From assembly GCA_963764165.1 (NCBI GenBank), contig CAVXRD010000001.1, positions 96,001 to 160,000 of the forward strand: 64,000 bases of DNA. The letters are read 5' to 3'. The stretch's first letter is position 1. The number at the start of each line of letters is the position of its first letter. The stretch comes from an uncultured Verrucomicrobiae bacterium. Its GTDB lineage: Bacteria > Verrucomicrobiota > Verrucomicrobiia > Limisphaerales > Palsa-1400. Made by a program: the position numbers and the translations under genes. The notes under the pieces were generated by a model. That model saw only the letters and a list, made by a program, of their open reading frames with translations. It made no database searches and was not told the DNA's origin. Positions 59,418-64,000 of the stretch are shown in pieces.

Positions 59418-61646
59418 TTAATGCGGGTACGCTCCAGCCTTGAGCTCTTGTCCAATCACAAGAAGCCTGGCCCGGACGGTGCCTGGCAAAGCTCCCTCCA
59501 ACTCGTGGCATAGAGTTTCGTAATAGAGATCTGTATGCAAGCCGTCGTGTGCCGATGAATCCAGAAAAGCCCCATTAGCAGCATCGTCGAGGTCAATTTG
59601 CTCCCTCAGCAAAATCGCCCGAGCCCTGGTGGCGCGCACATCATTACGCGCAACAATATGATGGGCGTCAGTGCCTGGCGGCCTGGGTTCACCCACGGCT
59701 TCGAGGTTACCGGCGAGATCCCTGGCACAAGCGTTATGCGTAAGAATATTATCATCACCGACAAAGTAAGTATGTGTGTCCTTAACCTCAAAGTTAAATA
59801 CGACATTTGATGACAATTCGATCGTCATCGACGATAGCTCTAAATTGTTACCATCCAATGTCTTTAAGACGTCTCCAGAACACAGATTGGCTGCCTCTCG
59901 CCATCCCGACCCATTTACCCAAAATCGGTGTTGCGGCGTTGTTTCCAAGAGGTTTGTGCCGAAACGAAGGATGGCAAGCTCACCTACAGAACGACGGAAT
60001 AATCTCCGCACTGGCTCCACAATAATTTCACCCTTTTCTACGTCCCATGACCATACACTGTCCCCAATTCTTACATCTTCTATCTTTTTGTAGCCGTCCA
60101 CTTCCATAATTAATGTTCCGGAGACAAAACAGTTATTCGCAGTTCCGTTTTCCGATATCTCACCATATTTCATTCCAGCAGTGGCCCCGTAAATGCTCGC
60201 AAAAATCAAGACGGCACTCGCTTCCCTTTGCTCAAGTGTTGCATTTGGATCCAAGAGAGTCGGTCCGTAACTCAATCCGCTGTATACCGCTCCCCCGACT
60301 CCCAAGCCTACGCCAACGGCCGGAATGTAGCCGGCAAGCGGACCTAAAACCGCTCCGAGAGCCGCCCCCTCAAAGACCGACCTTGCAGTTATCGCTCTTC
60401 CCTCTGCCACATTGGCAACAGCGCTGCTAAGTCCTCCAATCGTGGCTCCAATTCCCATGGAGATCATCAAGTCTCCCATATCGTGCCCGCTCGGGTCGAT
60501 GTGATTGGCCGGATTTGCTTCGCAATATAGATATTTATGAAGGGACAGAGGATCGGTTTGGTCGCCATCATAAGTATCTATTGTCCAAAACCGCCCCAAT
60601 TTTGGGTCATAATAGCGGGCGCGGAGGTAGTATTGCTGCAAGTCCGGGTCCCATTGCTGACCGGTGTAGCGGTAGTTGCTTGTCGTGCTGTTGGTGCTGT
60701 TGAGCAGGTTGCCGTAGCCGTCGTAGTCGAAGCTGGCTGCGACGGTGTTGCCGTCCAGCAGCATGCGCGTGCTGCCTTGGCCATCGGAGGCGAAATACAG
60801 GATGTCGTCGCCGTCGGTGCATTGGCTGATGAGCGACAGGCCGTAGGCGTAGGATATGGATGTCCCGTTGTACGGCGAGAGGGATGTCCATTCCACCAGC
60901 ACTTGCGGGTAGCCGGTTGGGTTTTGATCATCCACCAAATATGTGGTCGTGATGCCGCCCACGGTCTTGCTGATGCGGTTGCCGTCGGTGTCATAGGTAA
61001 TCTGGATGTTGGTTCCGCGGGAGATCAGGCGGTTCTCGGCGTCGTACTTGGCGCCGTCGGGCACGCCATTGGTTGTCACCGAGTTGCCGTTGAGGTCGTA
61101 ATTGGGGTTCGCATTGTTCGCCCAGCCGTCTGAGTCAATCTGGTCTCGGTGGTCGAAGACGAATGCCTGATTGGTCAGGTTGTCGTACGGCGTGAAACCA
61201 AAACTGACGGTTCGGTTTGTCCGGTTGCCCACCGGGTCGTAAGCGTAGGTCTGGCTGCCGTCGTTGGTGCCAGTATTGCTGTAGTACGTCTCCGAGGTCA
61301 GGCGGCTGACGCGCGGAAGGTTTCCGCCGTCGTAGCCGTATATGATCTGGCGAACGACACTGGTGCCCAATGATTCGGTCACATTTGTCCGCGCGCCGGT
61401 GGCGTTGAGGCCGTAGGCGTAGGTTTGCAGTTGCGTTCCGGCGTTGTTGGTCAGGGCCACCTGCAACAAACGATTCTGCGGGTTGTAGCTGTAGGTGTGC
61501 GACATACCGCCGGGATAAACGCACTTGGCCTCGTTCCCCACCGCGTCATACGTGTAACTGGTCACGTTCGGCGAAGAAATCGTGCTGTTGGTCACGAACG
61601 CCAAGCGGCCAAAATTATTGTAGCCGTATATATTTCTCAAGGCCAA
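59418..61646 (-). CDS. Orphan Rhs module: core tip, HINT domain and AHH (HNH-fold) nuclease
   Basis: YRYTGQQWD...YYLRARYYDPKLGRFW, PANHIDPSG, HINT from CFVSGT to LTHN (60131-59733), DAHHIV...NG...H. Only a TTG start inside the upstream gene. Confidence 0.88.
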   Translation of the reverse strand: MALRNIYGYNNFGRLAFVTNSTISSPNVTSYTYDAVGNEAKCVYPGGMSHTYSYNPQNRLLQVALTNNAGTQLQTYAYGLNATGARTNVTESLGTSVVRQIIYGYDGGNLPRVSRLTSETYYSNTGTNDGSQTYAYDPVGNRTNRTVSFGFTPYDNLTNQAFVFDHRDQIDSDGWANNANPNYDLNGNSVTTNGVPDGAKYDAENRLISRGTNIQITYDTDGNRISKTVGGITTTYLVDDQNPTGYPQVLVEWTSLSPYNGTSISYAYGLSLISQCTDGDDILYFASDGQGSTRMLLDGNTVAASFDYDGYGNLLNSTNSTTSNYRYTGQQWDPDLQQYYLRARYYDPKLGRFWTIDTYDGDQTDPLSLHKYLYCEANPANHIDPSGHDMGDLMISMGIGATIGGLSSAVANVAEGRAITARSVFEGAALGAVLGPLAGYIPAVGVGLGVGGAVYSGLSYGPTLLDPNATLEQREASAVLIFASIYGATAGMKYGEISENGTANNCFVSGTLIMEVDGYKKIEDVRIGDSVWSWDVEKGEIIVEPVRRLFRRSVGELAILRFGTNLLETTPQHRFWVNGSGWREAANLCSGDVLKTLDGNNLELSSMTIELSSNVVFNFEVKDTHTYFVGDDNILTHNACARDLAGNLEAVGEPRPPGTDAHHIVARNDVRATRARAILLREQIDLDDAANGAFLDSSAHDGLHTDLYYETLCHELEGALPGTVRARLLVIGQELKAGAYPH

Positions 61647-62253
61647 GCTTATTCACGGTTTCGGCCTTCCACGCTTCTAGTTGAGCCAGTGCCGTTTCTG
61701 GATTTTGCAAAAGCTTGCCTTCGATCAATTGCGTTCTTTGTAGCAACTCGGCAATCCACGGAGTGTCTGATTGTTCAAATCTTTGCTTAAATTCAGCCAA
61801 TACTTCCAGACCAGCGGCATAATCACCGTTTCTAACCAACGTATAGGCGAAGGCCTCCAGAGTGTGTGGATTTACGCGCTGTCTGTCAAACTCGACAGAC
61901 GCCTTCAGATACCTTAGAACTCCTTCCCGTGTGAGAACATTATTGAGAAACGGGATTGCCTCACTACGAATGACCGCGTTTAAGTCTGCTAGTAAATTCG
62001 GATTATCCAGACGCCAATTCAGAGCGTTCCCAATGCGATTCCCGTAATTGAAGTAAATATAATCTGTTGGAACATAGAGGGGAAGGAAAAAAACATGCAA
62101 ATGAAAGTAATTGGCGTCGGAGGTGTTTTCAAAATATAATGTGCGCAGAAAATCGTCCGCAGGCGACATAAGGATCATTTTTTTCTCCGATATGAAGCCG
62201 GGTAAATCAGGCAACAGCGCTTTTGCAATTTTTTGAGCTTGTTTCGTTGTCAT
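61615..62253 (-). CDS. Putative immunity protein
   Basis: ATGA overlap with the toxin stop; 212 aa; low GC. Confidence 0.7.
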   Translation of the reverse strand: MTTKQAQKIAKALLPDLPGFISEKKMILMSPADDFLRTLYFENTSDANYFHLHVFFLPLYVPTDYIYFNYGNRIGNALNWRLDNPNLLADLNAVIRSEAIPFLNNVLTREGVLRYLKASVEFDRQRVNPHTLEAFAYTLVRNGDYAAGLEVLAEFKQRFEQSDTPWIAELLQRTQLIEGKLLQNPETALAQLEAWKAETVNKLGLEKYIRLQ

Positions 62254-64000
62254 GGTCTAATTTCTTCAATCGGTATGTTTTGATAACCTTCCGGTAAATG
62301 CTTTCGGATTTGTTGGATTCGAGCGGCTTTAAGTTTAGCACTTCCTGTTTTCAAATCCCACACTGCTTGAGGTTGCAATTTGTCGCCCTTAACCACATCC
62401 AAGCGTACGGAACCGGGTGTGCCATAAGGGACTTCTTTTCCGTTAAGATATGACACCTCCGAATTCAGTCCCATCGCTTTTACTTCTTTTGCAAATGCCG
62501 TATGTGCCTTTGTGCCAAAACCCGGCATGCCCTCCGTTAGTCCAAACTCCTCTTCAACAGTTTTCGCCGCACGCCCAGCGGCTCCCATTAAATTTGCGGC
62601 AGTTGATTCCGTCAAGGCGAATTCCTGCGCACCTTGAACCGTATTCGCGCCATTTACTTCCAGACTCACGGCCTCCCCGCTGACATTAGCCCCAAACAAC
62701 AGGTCACCAGCCACGTCGACTGTCGCGCCAATCCCGTAACCCAATGCGAGTCCATTGGCAACGTCCAGAAGATAGCCGCCCAGTATCGCGTTTTCAGTCA
62801 GCCTGTTTTGAACGCCGATAAGCGTTGCCTGAAGCGCATTTCCGGCAGCTAATACTGCTCCATTGTACATTCCATCCAGGCCCGCAGCGATAGTGGTGCT
62901 CATCATCAAGCCACCAAGATCGCCATCATGCCCTGATGGGTCCCTCATGTTCACCGGATCCGCTTCGCAGTACAAGTATTTATGAAGCGACAACGGGTCT
63001 TCCTGATTCCCGTCATAACTATCGCTCGTAATGAAGCGGCCAAGGTTGGGCGCGTAATATCGCGGCCCAAGACTGTACATTTCAAGATATGGATCATAGA
63101 ACTCGCAGTCATACAGGTAGAAGTTTTGATCCGACCCTGTTTGATACAGCAGGTTTCCATAACCATCATAGTCATAGGTGTCCTGTACGCTTCCCGAGCC
63201 ATCTAAAAGCAGCCGCACGCTCCCTTGCCCGTCAAATCCCGTGTAACGAACGGGCGAATTGCTCCAGTTTTGGCTAATCAAGCTCAAGCCCCACACGTAA
63301 CTAACGGTGGCCGACATGGCTTCGGGCCAGTACTGCGCCACCACCTGCGGATACCCGCTCGGACTCATTTCATCCACAAGGTAAAGATTGATGCCGTAGG
63401 ATTCATTGACCCGGTTGCCAGAGTGATCATACTCCAACACATCGTCCCCTTGGTCGGTGATCAGCCGGTTCTGCGCGTCGTAATAATTTCCCGAAGCCGA
63501 GCTGGGCAGGGCCAGCGTGTTGCCGTTGGCGTCGTAGTTTGTGTTCGCATTGTTCGGAATATTATCGCTGTCAATCAAATCACGATGGTCGTAAGCATTC
63601 GTTTGCCCGGCCACCGGGGAACCGGCCCAAGTCCGGCGCGTCAAGCGGTTTCCCGCTGGGTCGTACGTATTTGTCACCGCCCCGATGAAACTTCCTGACG
63701 TCCCGTAAAACGCCTCGGACGTCAACCGGCTCACGCGGGCTAGGCCGGAGCCGTCATAACCCCACGCCACCTGGCCCAATGAGCCGTGGCCGCCGGATTC
63801 GACCACATTGGTCCGGCTCCCCACCATGCTCAACCCGTAAGCAAAGCTCTGCACCAGCACCCCACTACCATTGGTCAAGGCCAGCCACGTCAGACGGTTT
63901 TGCGCGTTGTAACTACAGCTATGCTGCACGCCGTTGGGATACGCGAATCCCGCGAGATTTCCGACATTATCGTAACGATATGTGGCAGCATTGGTGGCCA
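62250..64000 (-). CDS. Rhs protein C-terminal part with a restriction-endonuclease-fold (PD-(D/E)xK-like) toxin tip (partial; 5' end beyond the window)
   Basis: The frame stays open to the window edge. YD repeats, PVNMRDPSG, and tip motifs EVSY...VRLDVV...WDLKTG. Confidence 0.85.
   Translation of the reverse strand, partial: ATNAATYRYDNVGNLAGFAYPNGVQHSCSYNAQNRLTWLALTNGSGVLVQSFAYGLSMVGSRTNVVESGGHGSLGQVAWGYDGSGLARVSRLTSEAFYGTSGSFIGAVTNTYDPAGNRLTRRTWAGSPVAGQTNAYDHRDLIDSDNIPNNANTNYDANGNTLALPSSASGNYYDAQNRLITDQGDDVLEYDHSGNRVNESYGINLYLVDEMSPSGYPQVVAQYWPEAMSATVSYVWGLSLISQNWSNSPVRYTGFDGQGSVRLLLDGSGSVQDTYDYDGYGNLLYQTGSDQNFYLYDCEFYDPYLEMYSLGPRYYAPNLGRFITSDSYDGNQEDPLSLHKYLYCEADPVNMRDPSGHDGDLGGLMMSTTIAAGLDGMYNGAVLAAGNALQATLIGVQNRLTENAILGGYLLDVANGLALGYGIGATVDVAGDLLFGANVSGEAVSLEVNGANTVQGAQEFALTESTAANLMGAAGRAAKTVEEEFGLTEGMPGFGTKAHTAFAKEVKAMGLNSEVSYLNGKEVPYGTPGSVRLDVVKGDKLQPQAVWDLKTGSAKLKAARIQQIRKHLPEGYQNIPIEEIRP

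Noticed and set aside
59733..60131. Canonical protein-splicing intein with homing endonuclease
   Set aside because: It is only 133 aa, has no endonuclease insert and has Ala at +1, which fits a toxin-associated cleaving HINT domain.

Overview
A GC-rich bacterial chromosomal window, most likely from Verrucomicrobiota of the Pedosphaera/subdivision-3 type (inferred from gene content and protein style, not from a marker gene). From left to right: (1) 1-12.6 kb, a translationally coupled minus-strand MoxR/vWA/DUF58/DUF4159/TPR-metallopeptidase operon that runs off the left edge. (2) 12.8-26.6 kb, a probable beta-glucan utilisation locus: GH16, a prepilin-type protein, a 1312-aa secreted protein, a two-component system, GH3 and GH30. 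Two of its promoter regions share a 20-bp palindrome, and a decayed small-ORF/HNH pair is inserted in it. (3) Housekeeping genes recO, DUF502, ybeY, phoH and HIT, then a Gsp-synthase gene joined by deletion to a DUF4178-like gene, putA, and an Lhr-like helicase with pdeM. (4) A three-gene islet bracketed by diverged copies of the ahcY 3' region, then ahcY-metK with a divergent SahR-like regulator and a candidate operator. (5) GH5 and GH26-SGNH enzymes and a MerR-cupin gene. (6) 57.5-64 kb, an Rhs polymorphic-toxin array (REase-like and HINT-AHH tips, immunity genes, orphan core fragments) that runs off the right edge. The most unusual non-coding signal is a two-copy cassette at 46.2-46.7 kb (+) and 57.3-57.6 kb (-). 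Each copy has a conserved operator-like end, a sigma70 promoter, a boxA-like motif and a 10-bp tandem tail, contains no gene, and abuts foreign-looking DNA. I found no rRNA, tRNA, CRISPR array or intact transposase. All family assignments come from motif recognition by eye; no database searches were run.
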